The notes under the pieces were generated by a model that did no database searches, was not told the DNA's origin, and worked only from the letters and a program-made list of their open reading frames with translations. A DNA stretch of 64,000 nucleotides from Schmidtea polychroa (Eukaryota), in NCBI GenBank assembly GCA_044892525.1, contig CM097886.1:35898001-35962000 (forward strand), given 5' to 3'. Positions 40,501 to 52,350 of this stretch are shown piece after piece; position 1 is the stretch's first letter, and each line of letters opens with the position of its first letter. The translations under genes were made by a program, and so were the position numbers.

Positions 40501-43239
40501 GAATTGTAATATGATGTTTAGTTAAGTCTGAGATCTACTAAATTATGATCCTAGTGTGAAATAGTGTATGAAATTTTTAGTGTTGATTTTAATTGTGTAC
40601 TGCATTTGAACTCGGGAAGAATGCTTGCTTACACGGCCCCACTGTGACCGCTACGACAAGCCCTACTGTAATGTTGAGTCGAAACATACCACTGTCGACC
40701 GATAATAGATAGTTAGAGCCATAGCGGAGGGGTTTTATCGACACAACTCCATGGTGGAACCATGAAGTGGACGACCTCCGATGACCGAACAAAAAAAAAC
40801 TATATAGTAAGGATAATGCATGTCTGCATGTGGCTTTTAGATTTTAAAGTCTGGTGGAATGCAAGGCTGATCAGAGGCGTATACAATCGGTGCGACTCTA
40901 ACCACTCTTACATTCAACGATCCAAAATAAAATAGACCCAAAAAAAAAAAATTTTTAAAAATAATATGAGTTATACAAAAATATATTATGATGCAAATAA
41001 AATCGTTCTTACTAATAATTCCAAAATTTTCAGCAGAAAAATAAATTTGGCATAAAGTGATTAAATTGTGACTGAAACGTGTCGGTATATATGCCTACTT
41101 TGTACACGTGTATGTATTGATGCATTAAAACAAACTCGAATTCTTTTTATTCCAGAATTTTCTATTTTGCGATTTTGATATTTTTAATGGCAATTTTTGT
41201 GCCATAATTTTTGTTTTTATTTTTAAATTTTTATTTTTTAGTTATTTTTCGTTAATTTTACGTCCATGATGGATTTGGAATGGTTCCAGAACATTCTATA
41301 TTACTTTTAATTTAATTTTTATTTTAACTGATGTTTTATGAATTTCTTTTTTAAGATTTTCTATTTTTATTACTAATTTATTTATTTTTTCTAAATTTTA
41401 TTGTTTAAGGTAGCTTTTATGATGGTCATCGCCATTTTTATGGAATGTTCTGGGTTTTTCTGGAATTTTTTACTATTTTTACCGTATTCTTTAAGTTATT
41501 CGAGTCTGTTTTTTGTAACTCTGTGTTTATTTGGTTATTTTTGAGTGCTATTTTGCATAACTTCTTGCTTTTGTATAATTTTATTTAATTTCTGTGTTTA
41601 TGTTTTTGTTGTTTTCTCCTTTAATTAATATTGTTTATTTGGTGTAGTTTTTAATATTTAACTATACTTTCTGCTTTTTACATGTTGTGTACCTACACAT
41701 TTCAGTCACAATTAGTAGTTTGGGTCTAGAAATCAGTTCTAGCCCAACACTTTGAAAGTGGTACGAAAAATATGGAGGACTCCTTGAATTCATTTCATTA
41801 GTGAACATTAAAAATCGAAATAATATAAATGTAAGGGAGAAGATGTATGAAATGAAAGACTGTAGAAAATGAATTGGAATAGAAATAATACTTAATCAAT
41901 AGAAATCGGTAAAATTAATGAACGAAGAAATTGGCAAGCCCAGTACTGTCTAAAAGTGGGATTTTATTGTATGGAACTTTCTTCACAGCTGGGGAACCAG
42001 TCATAGGAACTACATCCGTCATTACGATATGGAAGAAAAACACCAGACAGATAGTGGTAAAATCTAGAAAACTAAAATTTATAGATGAGGTAGATACTAT
42101 AAACAAATTTTTTGTCCACGACTAAAGGAATTGAATACTTTAGAATCACAGAAACATTCTTAGAAAGTAAGAATCCAAAGAGCACTGATGTGCCCAAGAA
42201 ATTAATTCAATGACAACATCTTAAGATTAGTAAAGAAATTTGGAAATATATTTATGGCTTCAAAGTTTGACCTGGGTTATACGGAACTTGTAAAACAGGA
42301 AATAAAGGCGATAGGAAGTCCAGTTATGCAACTCTCAGGGAGACAGCAAATACATTTAGAACCAAAAATAGAAGTTTTTATTAAAGACTTGTTAAAATTT
42401 AAAGTAATCAAAAAATGCAAAATTACATTTAATTGTCTGAGAAATGCAAAATACTTTAGATTTAGTACAACTTTGTTTTAATATACTACCTATTGAAATT
42501 GACGCAACCCCAGCTATATTCCAATGACTAATGCATACAATGTTGGAAGGCCTGATATTCAAGAGGGTAGCTGTTTACCTCGACGATATCTTGGTATATA
42601 GAGAAACTAAGAACATTAGAAGAAGTTTTCAACATAGTTCAATTAACAGAACCAAAAATAAATCTAGAGAAACGCCACTTTTATAAAACCGAGTTAGTGT
42701 TCTTATGATATTATTAGTGAAAAGGGTACAAAAAGTACGTATTTGAAAAAAATTGATGAAATCAAATACACAGCAGTTCCAAAATGCACAAAACAACTTC
42801 GATTATTCTTAGATTTATTAAGGTTTGTGCAGAGATCACGGCACCTTCATATCCAGCAACGACAGGTTGTGAAAAAAATAGTGTGAACGAAAGAGTGAAG
42901 CATTGAAAAACAACTGTAAGAAGAAACAAAATTAGACTTTACGAGGAAAAGTAGAAGGTTCACATTGGATGAAGTTTCCAGGTTTGGAGCAATCAGGTAA
43001 TTAAGTAATTAGATGGAAGACGGTAAATAAACAGTTACAGCTTATTTTTCCAAACCTCTTACAGTACATAAAAAGGGATATTGTGCCACTTTGAAGGGAC
43101 TTCTGGTGGTCCATGAATATTGTTGGCGTATGTGGGGGAAAGAAAATATATAGGCATGATTATCATACACATCAGGTGTCATTATTCTACTCAGATCATT
43201 CCCTCACGCACTCCAAATGATCATTCGCATATTCCCACA

Positions 43240-43373
43240 TATGAGCCCGTGGCGATGTTCCACGTTGGTACTGCTCACACGGGTTGGAAAGAGTTAGCAG
43301 GTGAGCCCCTGCCTTAGGACTACTCCTAACCCTTTCTCGGTTCGGGTTCTACGGTGCCTTAGAAGGTCTTACC
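43240..43373 (-). ncRNA. Conserved structured RNA (copy B)
   Basis: TGTGAGC-AGTACCAA-CGTGG-AACATCG-CCACG-G-GCTCATA; upstream GGT-AAGA-CC-TTCTAA-GG-C-ACC. Confidence 0.8.
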
Positions 43374-43655
43374 CATTCTTTACGTATCATTCAGTCCGAC
43401 CCTGGTCCAAAAGGTACGACATTTAAATTTCTACTATATTTTCGTGATCCTTCTCTCATGCAATTCAACCGTAGCAAATCATACATACAATTTACACAAT
43501 CAAAGAAAATCGAACAGTTATATTAGAACGGAACATCAAATTACATTCAGCATTGTTTAAACAAATGCAAAACATTAAAGATTAGTCACGAGATAACGTC
43601 GCTTCTTCAAGTTCGTTCGTAATAGCAGGGGAATCGAGACCCGAGAGAGAATTGG

Positions 43656-44420
43656 CTACGAGAATGCTTCTCCTTCTGCGAGCATCTCGTCGATGTCAAC
43701 GGGCAACCGGCGGTCCTCGAGGAATTTGGTACTGTCGGCCGGAACTATCCGGAATACTTCCTTTGTAGGAATGGAATGGGTAACTGTAATTTCCTTGATA
43801 GTCGATTTGGCTGCAGATAACGATGCTTCGAGCGCGGCCATGGCATTTCTACGCTTCTGATTTTTTTCAGAACGCGTCAGCCGCTTACGCTTTCGATGGG
43901 GGAGTGTAGCTTCTGCCGGGGGCTGAATGAGGTGTGGCACGCGTACTGGAGCCAAGATGGGGTCCGATGGACCGCCAGCCGTAGGTCGATCGCCCGAAAG
44001 AACTGGGGCGGGAATTGGCGGCATTTGTGGGCCATGCCCTTTACAGCTGGATGTTGATGAGGTTTCAGCTAATTTGTGGTGCATTGGGAACACGTTAGTC
44101 CCATCTTGTATCGGGTATTCGCGAACTCGCTTCGCTAGTTCTGATTCGGAATACACCTTATGCAGTGCCTCTGATTGGGCCTTTATGGTTAGCCTCTGGC
44201 ACCTGCTTTCTTCCAGGAGACTGTCACGGCAGTGCTCCAAACGCAGAATCTTGCTCTTCTCCTCCTTCATTTGTGGTGGGGAGAACCACGTTCCCTCATA
44301 GAGGTCAATTCTCTTCTTCAATTCCCCGATGTACAAGTGGAGCTGTGCGATATCGGCATTTTTATCAGCACAGGAAAAGCAAGGTCTGAGGGTTTTCCCG
44401 GAATTGGTTGAGGTATTCAT
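43656..44420 (-). CDS. LTR-encoded ORF-b (254 aa)
   Basis: LRPCFSCADKN, EGTWFSP, QSEALHKVY shared with A; TTTAG directly before the ATG. Confidence 0.85.
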   Translation of the reverse strand: MNTSTNSGKTLRPCFSCADKNADIAQLHLYIGELKKRIDLYEGTWFSPPQMKEEKSKILRLEHCRDSLLEESRCQRLTIKAQSEALHKVYSESELAKRVREYPIQDGTNVFPMHHKLAETSSTSSCKGHGPQMPPIPAPVLSGDRPTAGGPSDPILAPVRVPHLIQPPAEATLPHRKRKRLTRSEKNQKRRNAMAALEASLSAAKSTIKEITVTHSIPTKEVFRIVPADSTKFLEDRRLPVDIDEMLAEGEAFS

Positions 44421-46226
44421 CTAAATTGTTAAGAAATTTTTATTTTTAAATTAAAAAATTTACTGGGGTATTATTCATATTTTCGGAAAACGAAATTTAC
44501 GATCTCCCCGACCAAGTTATCCAAGAGTGGCCTACCAATCTACCCCGTCGGCAAATGCTCACCTTCATGCAATCTCAAACATCCAAACTAACCCATGTAA
44601 TCATTACTACTTTATGAGAAGAAAACGGGATTCATGAAAACAATTCATTATGCTAGCTTTTAGATTTATTTTACGGGTTTGACTATTTTTAACTACTGCA
44701 TGACTGTTAATTCGTTACTATGAACGCTATTATCTTAATTATCGTTGTTACATTTTAATAATTATATTTTACTCATTTTGCTGCTACGTCATTAAATTCT
44801 ACGCGTGCTGTATGATGAACGGAAAATCGGCAATCACCGGGACACCCCGTCTTGTATGTAGACCCCTCGGGTTTGTAAGAAAATCATAATACTCTCGCTT
44901 AAATTTTTATCATGGATTATAACTTAGTTATTTCAAATTTAACGCCATAAACATCGTCATAGCGACGCTTAAATCGGGCGCAGTTATGTGTTCATTTGAT
45001 TATCTATCTCTACCATCAACTAACGACGGGTTCGTTACGATGCATGTTGGTGCATTTAACTAGCGACTTGCACACTGACAGAAAAGAAGATTCTCGTCGC
45101 ACTGCCATTTTCTCTGACGCAATCTAGTTGTCTACTAGCAGATACAAGTTCACGTCTCTCTCCCTATGGTTAGGTAATAATGATATCCACATGGGCACTG
45201 TGACCTAATCTGAGTGTGATGCATGTGTACATGTGGGCGAGCGATTAATAGAGGTAGAGTTGTAGATAGATGCTCCAGTTGAGACGGACACTCAGTTGGG
45301 GTGTTCAAAACTCAAGAAACTCGATTGTGTGAGCGACTTGTGGATTCAGTAGATAAAAATTAACTCTATATTCTAGATTTTCGATATTAGGTCGACTCAC
45401 GATAAGACCACTCAATACACTCGATCGACTGCCGCCTTCCTAAATCGACTCGTTAGATGACTTTATCAAATTATCAGCCGATTTTCCCCGTCGAAAATTT
45501 ATCTGGCCATGGGCAACTAATGATTCTCCTATCGCTATTGATATCTTCACTCGGACTCACGGCAAGTGATTTATTTCCTTATCAAAAAGTTTGTTTACTT
45601 TCCCATTTTAGACGAGCCACTGTCAACGTCAAACCAAACTTTATCAGATATTCAATGTCAAGCTAAAGTCTAAATTAGTCAATGAATGGGTTTACTCGCT
45701 AATGTCCCTGCAATGTACCTCTCGGGATTCAATTTTTAGGTGCTTAGCAGAACTTCCGGTGAAACTCTAACAATTCATCGCTCATCCCTACTCAGACATC
45801 TATCGATATTCGACGGAAAAGCAAATTTTCCTGACAGTAATGAACTACTGATCTCAATCCGAAAAATTGTCTCCGACTTTGGAAATTTACATTATTTGCT
45901 CTGAAATTTCGGTGTGACTTCTTAAAGATAACGAAAGATCCTCTATCAGATCGCGCTCGATGTGAGAAATTCCACTTTCAACAGTGTTCCACCTGCGGAG
46001 TCTCCTCACCCCTCATGACCCACCCAAGAAGGCAATCATCTCTGCCGCCGTTCTTGCATCGTCATGAGGGACCGTACGACTCGTTTTTCACAAAATCAAC
46101 ATTTAATATACAATTTATGAATAATAAATGAATGGATGAACCAAATAGCAGCAAATGAATCAATAAAAATAAACGAATCAATAAAGCTCACCCGGCGACC
46201 CTATCATTTGGACTCCAAGTATGATG

Positions 46227-46441
46227 TTATTCATTCCACACAACCGCAGCCTCATCATACCCTTGGTAGATCTCGCATATGATAAATATCCTCCTCTGCA
46301 AATACCACATTCTCATTTTCAGCATCTTCGGGATTTCTTATGAAGGTCAACCTTCCCACTGTTGTGTTCTCTACCGTGGTACATTTCCAACTCGTCCACA
46401 TCATACTGGGAGCTCCCAGATGGTACAGTCGCCGGCACCAT
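46227..46441 (-). pseudogene. LTR ORF-a homolog, frameshifted
   Basis: MVPATVPSGSSQYDVDE...KKSRR then in a shifted frame LKMRMWY...; homologous to 18628-18819. Confidence 0.4.
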
Positions 46442-46661
46442 GAAGAAAAGGCCATTTGTATTTCAATAAATTTATTTTACGAAATGAGTTTTGTTTTTCA
46501 TCATTAATAAATTAACTAATACATATAAATCAATCAGCCTACCGATAGTTTCAAAAACTGGAACGAAATCGAATTTAAATTAAAGGTAAATTCTGAAAAT
46601 CTCTGGAATTAGTGTTTGCGATTCTAGTCCTGAATTCGGTGAAATATCTGAAGTCTATGCT

Positions 46662-46740
46662 CTGTAATCGTGAAAAATTAAAAGTGGTTTTTAAGTTTTT
46701 CTAAAATTTTACCTGTAATCGTGAAAAATTAAAAGTGGTT
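46662..46740 (-). repeat. 28-bp direct repeat (period 51) bracketing a putative 51-nt GT-AG intron (46712-46662)
   Basis: AACCACTTTTAATTTTTCACGATTACAG twice on the minus strand; first copy followed by GTAAAA. Confidence 0.75.
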
Positions 46741-47290
46741 GTCGTCTAATTTTTCACGTTACATATATAGTATTTTTCGTCCAATCAGGACGCTACCTGC
46801 TTGTATTTTTACTATTTATTATTATTTTTCTGTTTTTTATTATAATATATTAGATTTTAATGACTTAACTTATTTCTTATTATTATTTTATTTATTTTCC
46901 TATTTTTATTATTTTCCTCCTATTTTTCTTGTAGGTTTATTGCTACTTTATTGTAATATAATTTTTTTTTGTTTTAATTAGACTTAAAGATAGTTTTATT
47001 TTTTATTTATTTCTTAAATTTCTCTTTTATTTGTTGTCACTTTTTTACTTATTTTATTCTATTTCATCTGCTGGGTCCTAAATCGCTTTATTTCCAAATC
47101 TCAAGGGGTTTATTGGATTTTATTTAGTTTGTTTACTTATTCTTATTCTTTTATTGATATTTTATTGTTCCTTTTTGATTTATTAGCGAGAATTTGATGG
47201 TACTTTATTTTTTTATTTTATTTCGTTTATTTTTCAAAGATTGCTTTTCTATTCGCTCCAGTTTTCGAAACTCCACGTTTTAGCCCAACA

Positions 47291-47328
47291 AATCACTCCG
47301 GGGCCCGTTAAAATTGCGCCCCGCAATT
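47291..47328 (-). promoter_or_regulatory. Pre-LTR hairpin and non-canonical PPT (copy B)
   Basis: AATTGCG-GGG-CGCAATT then GGGCCCCGGAGTGATT before TGTTGG. Confidence 0.7.
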
Positions 47329-47520
47329 CACATAATATCATACGTTTAACTCATACCTTTTTCGGCATAACAACTAATTTCACGGTCAACATTCACACAA
47401 ACATAAAATTAAAATAACTAAATAATACTTTAATTAAACAGATAAAAGGACAAATATAAGCAAGCAGTGGCCACTTTAGGTGACCGGATTTATACACACA
47501 AAGTTTATGAATAGTCGATG

Positions 47521-48156
47521 TCACATGATCTCAAGGTTCGGAATGTTATTACTGTCTTGGTTGGTTGAGTTCTGGGTCGGATGGCTGGTCGAAGTTGTTA
47601 TCGTGGGGAGCTGGATTGTAACAGGCATTTGGTCAGGGGATAGATTTTGTTGCATTTGGTCGGGTGGGTTTGGTTGTTGAAAATGTACTGCTCGTTTATG
47701 TTTATTTTTCGATCGTAGGTTCTTTCTTTCGTGTTTTTCGGATAGTGACTGGTTTCTTCTCCATGTTCGATGAATATCATACGCTTTCCAGATGACTAGT
47801 GCGCAGATGATAAGGGTTTCACTGATGGTAGTATAGAGTAAGACTTGGCTTTCTTTTACTTCCTTCTTCATGATGATTTCCTTCAAGGATTGTTGGGTGG
47901 TTTGTTCTTGTAAGAGAATTTCGAGCTGTTCGATTTTTTGGGTTTGTAGGTGGAGTTGCATTTGAAGTTTTTTCCAGACGACTTTGTTCCAGCATTGTTT
48001 CGGGATGTTGTTGGAGAGCTTTCTCTCGCTTTTTAGTTTGGTTAAAGGGTTTTGCTGTTTCTCGGGATTTTCCCAGAATGTTGGGATTGGCTGCCACATG
48101 GGTCTCCCGTTTATCGCTATCATCATTATTGTCACCAAGGTTGCTCCGAACCACAT
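47521..48156 (-). CDS. Accessory ORF5, type I membrane protein (211 aa)
   Basis: Signal MWFGATLVTIMMIAING; TM VLLYTTISETLIICALVIW; P/Q/T-rich tail. Confidence 0.8.
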   Translation of the reverse strand: MWFGATLVTIMMIAINGRPMWQPIPTFWENPEKQQNPLTKLKSERKLSNNIPKQCWNKVVWKKLQMQLHLQTQKIEQLEILLQEQTTQQSLKEIIMKKEVKESQVLLYTTISETLIICALVIWKAYDIHRTWRRNQSLSEKHERKNLRSKNKHKRAVHFQQPNPPDQMQQNLSPDQMPVTIQLPTITTSTSHPTQNSTNQDSNNIPNLEIM

Positions 48157-48211
48157 ACTACTATACGAAAATTTTTATTTACAATTATTTACATTGATCA
48201 TTCATCTTTAA

Positions 48212-48913
48212 TTATTGCCGGGTTTTCTTTTTACGGGTTTTCTCGGATGTTCTCATCACTCTCGTTTCTGCTTTTATTACTCGTTTTCTCAATTCGGGTA
48301 GTACTTTTAATTGTTTGTCTCTTTCGTCTAACTGTTGCCTTAGGGTTATTATTTTTTCTTTTAGTGCTTTTATTTCTTGTGTTGCTCTTTCGAGGTTTCT
48401 ATGGTTCATTATCTGTAGGAAATCATTTTCCCTTTCCCCGTCTTCTTCGTTGTCTATTTCCTGGTATTTGTTGTTCATTCGTCTCATTATCTCACATTCT
48501 TTCTGGTTTTGGTGTAGTTGGAGTTGTAACTCTTTCAGGCTTTCTTGGTGTTTCCGTGCCTCGGTTTTCCAATAGTCACTAATCACTTCGTCGGCCTTTC
48601 GACTGGCCCTCTCCTGCCATAATTCTTCCGCGATCTTTTCCCAATTTCTCCCTCGCTTTCTTTGCTCGTGAAGCCATTCATTTTCTTCCTCTACCTCTTT
48701 CTTTACTCCTTCTAACAAGATATATTCTCTTTTCAATACTTTAATCATTTTTCGATTATCTCTCCACCTTTCAACTAATCTTTCGTTTTCCTGTCTCTCT
48801 TCTTGTAATTCTTCCTTGATAGTTTTCTTCCTCTCCACTTCATCAACTTCAATTTCTCCCTCTTCTAACTCGATTATAGATGTTATGCTGGGTTGTCCGT
48901 TTTCGGTGTTCAT
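48212..48913 (-). CDS. Accessory ORF4, coiled-coil protein (233 aa)
   Basis: EENEWLHEQRKRG.NWEKIAEELW shared with A. Confidence 0.85.
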   Translation of the reverse strand: MNTENGQPSITSIIELEEGEIEVDEVERKKTIKEELQEERQENERLVERWRDNRKMIKVLKREYILLEGVKKEVEEENEWLHEQRKRGRNWEKIAEELWQERASRKADEVISDYWKTEARKHQESLKELQLQLHQNQKECEIMRRMNNKYQEIDNEEDGERENDFLQIMNHRNLERATQEIKALKEKIITLRQQLDERDKQLKVLPELRKRVIKAETRVMRTSEKTRKKKTRQ

Positions 48914-49087
48914 TTTCTATAATATATACATAATTAATAGCTGCGCTACAGTGCGGCTTATACTTATACATTTATACGTTATTTTATAATCAGGGTTACA
49001 GTCCCTTTCATACTTTTACTGTACCATTAATTTTTTTGGTTGGGATACAGGTCCCGATTTTTATATTTTTTATCTTTCCTTTTATCC

Positions 49088-50125
49088 TTATACAAAGGTC
49101 TCTTCCTGGCCTACATATCCCTCATCGCTTTCTACTGACGTTTGTAATTGGAGTGCGATGGGATCAAATGGGATGTAGTACCGGGGAATCTGCGCTCTAA
49201 GTTCTTGCACTTCGTCTCTTAGTGCTCTTGACACGTTAAGTTCCTCGTCCAACAGGTATGTTAGATACCTGGTTTCATCGTCTCTTACCTCTATCTGTTT
49301 TTCTAGCTCTTCCGCTTTTTCGCCGCTTTCCCATTTCTTGATCTCTATCTCCAGATTTTTAAGATTTTCGTTATACATTTTCCTTTCGTTTTCTAACTTT
49401 TTGTTTTTCCCCGCCAGTACCATATTTCTCTGCTCCAGAGCTCCTTGGTATCCGTTGACATCTCGTTCTAGTTCTACGACCTTATTTACCAGTTCCACGA
49501 GTCGTCCTGACTGTTGAAGTATCAGTTCTTCCATTGCGGCATTCTCGTGCTCCCTTATGGAGATTTTCATGGCTAGATGTCTTTCAAATTCCATGGCTTT
49601 GGTCTGCCATGTTTGGCTTCGGGCCGCAATCTTTCTGAGCCGTTTCAGTTCTTCTCTTATGACCAGATTTTCCTCCCATTTGCCTTGTTCGCTTTCGTAT
49701 TCTAATCTCATAGGCAATTCTTTCATTTCTTTTTTCATCTCTTTGCTCTGCCGCTTCCAGTTTCGGGCTTCTGTCAATAGGTGATTCATTTTCCTTCCTT
49801 CCTTTTGTTTTTCTGCTTCTCGTTTTGTGTTTTCGTCCGTCAATCGTTTCCGTGCTTCCTGCACTAACTGTTTTAAATAGTGGCTGTGCGCTTCTTGGCG
49901 AGTGTTTTCCAATGATGCCCACTTAGAGGCTCTTTTGCATGCTTCTGCTTCGGCTCTTAAATTGTTTACTAACCACTGATATTTGTTATTCTCGTATTCC
50001 CTGGCCTCTTCGAGATGGTTGTGGGTCTGGTTCGTCAATTGTAACATTACTTTGACCCATTTTCCCTTATGGATTTTATTGACTTTGGTTTCGTGGTTTG
50101 GGGCTTCAGTTCCTTCTTGTGTCAT
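49088..50125 (-). CDS. Accessory ORF3, coiled-coil protein (345 aa)
   Basis: NLRAEAEACKRASKWASLENTRQEAHSHYLKQLV identical to A. Confidence 0.85.
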   Translation of the reverse strand: MTQEGTEAPNHETKVNKIHKGKWVKVMLQLTNQTHNHLEEAREYENNKYQWLVNNLRAEAEACKRASKWASLENTRQEAHSHYLKQLVQEARKRLTDENTKREAEKQKEGRKMNHLLTEARNWKRQSKEMKKEMKELPMRLEYESEQGKWEENLVIREELKRLRKIAARSQTWQTKAMEFERHLAMKISIREHENAAMEELILQQSGRLVELVNKVVELERDVNGYQGALEQRNMVLAGKNKKLENERKMYNENLKNLEIEIKKWESGEKAEELEKQIEVRDDETRYLTYLLDEELNVSRALRDEVQELRAQIPRYYIPFDPIALQLQTSVESDEGYVGQEETFV

Positions 50126-50345
50126 CTTTGTCTAAATAACGATATCATTAACTTAACGTTGTATGCTTATATCTGGTTTATTATTTATTTATTTTTATAA
50201 TTCGTTATAGGAGTTGTTTTAGGAGTTTTTCGCTTAAGTTTTACCTTTGGTAGATTTGGGGGGAATTTTCTACACTACTATATAATATTTTACTGGATAT
50301 ATACGCCGATATTTACAATTAGTATATACAAAATTATTCGTCTCT

Positions 50346-51734
50346 CTACTCAGTCCTACTCTTCCCGTCTCGCCTCACCGCTATTTTCATGTATATAGTG
50401 TCGTTTCTCGTCATGTCTTCTACTTTCCGCTGTAGGATGAAATTTGGTGCTCCAGTTGCTGGTCCTTCTTCTTCCAAGGGCCTTTGGTAACATACGAGGT
50501 TTCCCGCTGTATGGAAACTCTGTTCGTGTATACTTTGATAGTTCATCATTGCGAGGTCTATTTTTGCTTTGAATGGCCATTCTATTAACTCGTCGTATGG
50601 CCCTTTGCACATCAAGAAGAATACTGAGAAATGCGTTCCGTATGCACTTCCATCCCCATTGGGGTATGCTTTCATTTTCATTTTATACCCGTTTTTCCAT
50701 GAGTAGAATGCTGGGCTTAGTAATGTTGTATCCTTTCCATTTCTCGCTCTCTGCATCTTCTCTTTTACTCCCGTTATTTTCCATATGTACGGAGCCGTAG
50801 GTATTAATTCGTTGAGGTTTAATTCGCTTACTTTTTGATGTAGTTCTTTCACCATAATGTTGCTAGTTTCTACTAGGTCTGTCTGTATCTTTGTACTTGT
50901 TCTCGCCTCTTCAAATGCTTCCTTTTCTTCCAATAGTTCTTTTACCAACGCTTTTAGCGAGACTATTTCTCTTTCTAAGTTTTCGGTTTTCCTTTCGTTT
51001 TCCTGTAATACCGTTGACCATATTTCCGCGTGTGTTGATACGTTTTCTGCTAGATGTTGGGGCAATTCCCCTCGGTGTAATTGTTTCTGACATCCCCATT
51101 TTCCTAGCACACACGTTATCTTTTTTCTTTCACACTCTTTTAGGTGTTGAGCGAGTTTTATTACTCCGGGTTTATCGCATTTGTTGGGGCATTCTCCTCT
51201 GAATTCTGCGCACACTTTCTCCTCTTGTATGTTGTGATGTTGACTGATTAGTTTCTTCCAGGTGTCGTTTTCTCCGCAATACTCGCATTTCTCTAGTCTT
51301 TCTTCGCATCGACTTTGATGTTCTGCTTCTTCATTGACTTTAATCTCTTCTTGGCAACGTTTGCATTGACTGATTTTATACTCACATTGCTCCATATGTT
51401 GCCTCACTTCCCATATCACTCCTCGCCAATTACATGGGGTGTTTTTACATCCTAGGTTTGCATTTAACATATCTTTTACAGCTGCTTTATCTTCGTTTGT
51501 ATCTCCCAAACTTGTTATCATTGTTTCTTTGCATACTGGGCACCATTGTGGTCCCTTCTTTATTATCTCCTCTACACATTCTCTGCACATTCTGCATCCA
51601 CATCTGGTTTGGTGAGGTTCTCTTAATAAGCTCTTGCATATTCCACACGTTACATGGTTGTGTATTCGAATTGTGGTGGACTTTCTGATTTGTTCAACAA
51701 TTTCTCTGAATTCTTCTCGTTGTCGCTTATCCAT
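50346..51734 (-). CDS. TRAF: TRAF-family protein, 462 aa
   Basis: RING, zinc fingers, coiled coil, MATH; same length as the copy A TRAF. Confidence 0.95.
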   Translation of the reverse strand: MDKRQREEFREIVEQIRKSTTIRIHNHVTCGICKSLLREPHQTRCGCRMCRECVEEIIKKGPQWCPVCKETMITSLGDTNEDKAAVKDMLNANLGCKNTPCNWRGVIWEVRQHMEQCEYKISQCKRCQEEIKVNEEAEHQSRCEERLEKCEYCGENDTWKKLISQHHNIQEEKVCAEFRGECPNKCDKPGVIKLAQHLKECERKKITCVLGKWGCQKQLHRGELPQHLAENVSTHAEIWSTVLQENERKTENLEREIVSLKALVKELLEEKEAFEEARTSTKIQTDLVETSNIMVKELHQKVSELNLNELIPTAPYIWKITGVKEKMQRARNGKDTTLLSPAFYSWKNGYKMKMKAYPNGDGSAYGTHFSVFFLMCKGPYDELIEWPFKAKIDLAMMNYQSIHEQSFHTAGNLVCYQRPLEEEGPATGAPNFILQRKVEDMTRNDTIYMKIAVRRDGKSRTE

Positions 51735-51824
51735 TTCTATAATTATATATATACATATATTCGTTACTGGTACAGTTTCGTATTTTTATTTACATTTATT
51801 TACATTGCTATTTTTAGGTTATAT

Positions 51825-52184
51825 TTATTGGCTGGAAGAGTCGGCCTCTTGTCCGCCCTCTTCCCTGTTGGTTAACCATTCTGACCAGTCTTCCATCTCC
51901 TCTCGCTCCATCTCTTCCGCGATTCTTATTAACTCCTCTTCTTGCACCTGGCTGTATCGTGATATTCGGTCTATCTCTCGCTGCATTTGTTCTATTTTCA
52001 TTCGTTGATCTTCGATTATTCTTACATAATTGAAGCCTTTATTTAAACTTTCGACTAAGCTTCTTTGTACAGCGAGTCCTTGTTCCTGTAAATTCGAGAT
52101 CACTTGAGTTAACATTGCACATTGTTGTTTCCACATCTCCTCGGTTGTCGTACTGTGGTTTACTTCCTCGCCTATTCGCTCCAT
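51825..52184 (-). CDS. Accessory ORF1 (119 aa)
   Basis: Homolog of 12854-13213. Confidence 0.85.
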   Translation of the reverse strand: MERIGEEVNHSTTTEEMWKQQCAMLTQVISNLQEQGLAVQRSLVESLNKGFNYVRIIEDQRMKIEQMQREIDRISRYSQVQEEELIRIAEEMEREEMEDWSEWLTNREEGGQEADSSSQ

Positions 52185-52350
52185 TCTTAATTTATATACT
52201 TTTCAATCCTTATCTAATTTTATTTTCATATTAATTATCCCCATCATTATATACTATTGATACCGCGCTTATATAAAAATATAGAATACTGTTATATAAA
52301 TAAATATTTCCTACTTACTTTTTACAATCTATATACAGTCATAATCCTTT

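Larger units (their letters stand above)
36120..41749 (-). mobile_element. Solo LTR (copy C) of a related giant-element family, 5630 bp
   Basis: Minus-strand start TGTTGGGCTAG (41749); end ...GTAACCCACCA (36120) similar to A's GTAACCCCAACA; 4-bp TSD CTTT (36116-36119 / 41750-41753); shares the A-rich block, ORF-b motif and structured RNA. Confidence 0.85.
35187..43120 (+). pseudogene. Decayed conventional gypsy element (gag 35.3-36.1 kb; pol 41.75-43.12 kb), split by solo LTR C and truncated by element B
   Basis: PBS-like TGGTGACC at 35187; CFCCGEKGH knuckle ~35925; PAIFQ..VAVYLDDILVY ~42510-42600; RNase H YCATLKGLLVVHEY up to 43120. Confidence 0.7.
43121..47290 (-). repeat. 3' LTR of copy B (4170 bp)
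   Basis: Minus-strand TGTTGGGCT (47290) ... CGCCAACA (43121). Confidence 0.85.

Noticed and set aside
43121-43170. CWRMWGKKIY as continuation of the host gypsy RNase H
   Set aside because: Begins exactly at TGTTGG, the LTR B terminus matching A and C; resemblance judged coincidental, though this boundary is less certain
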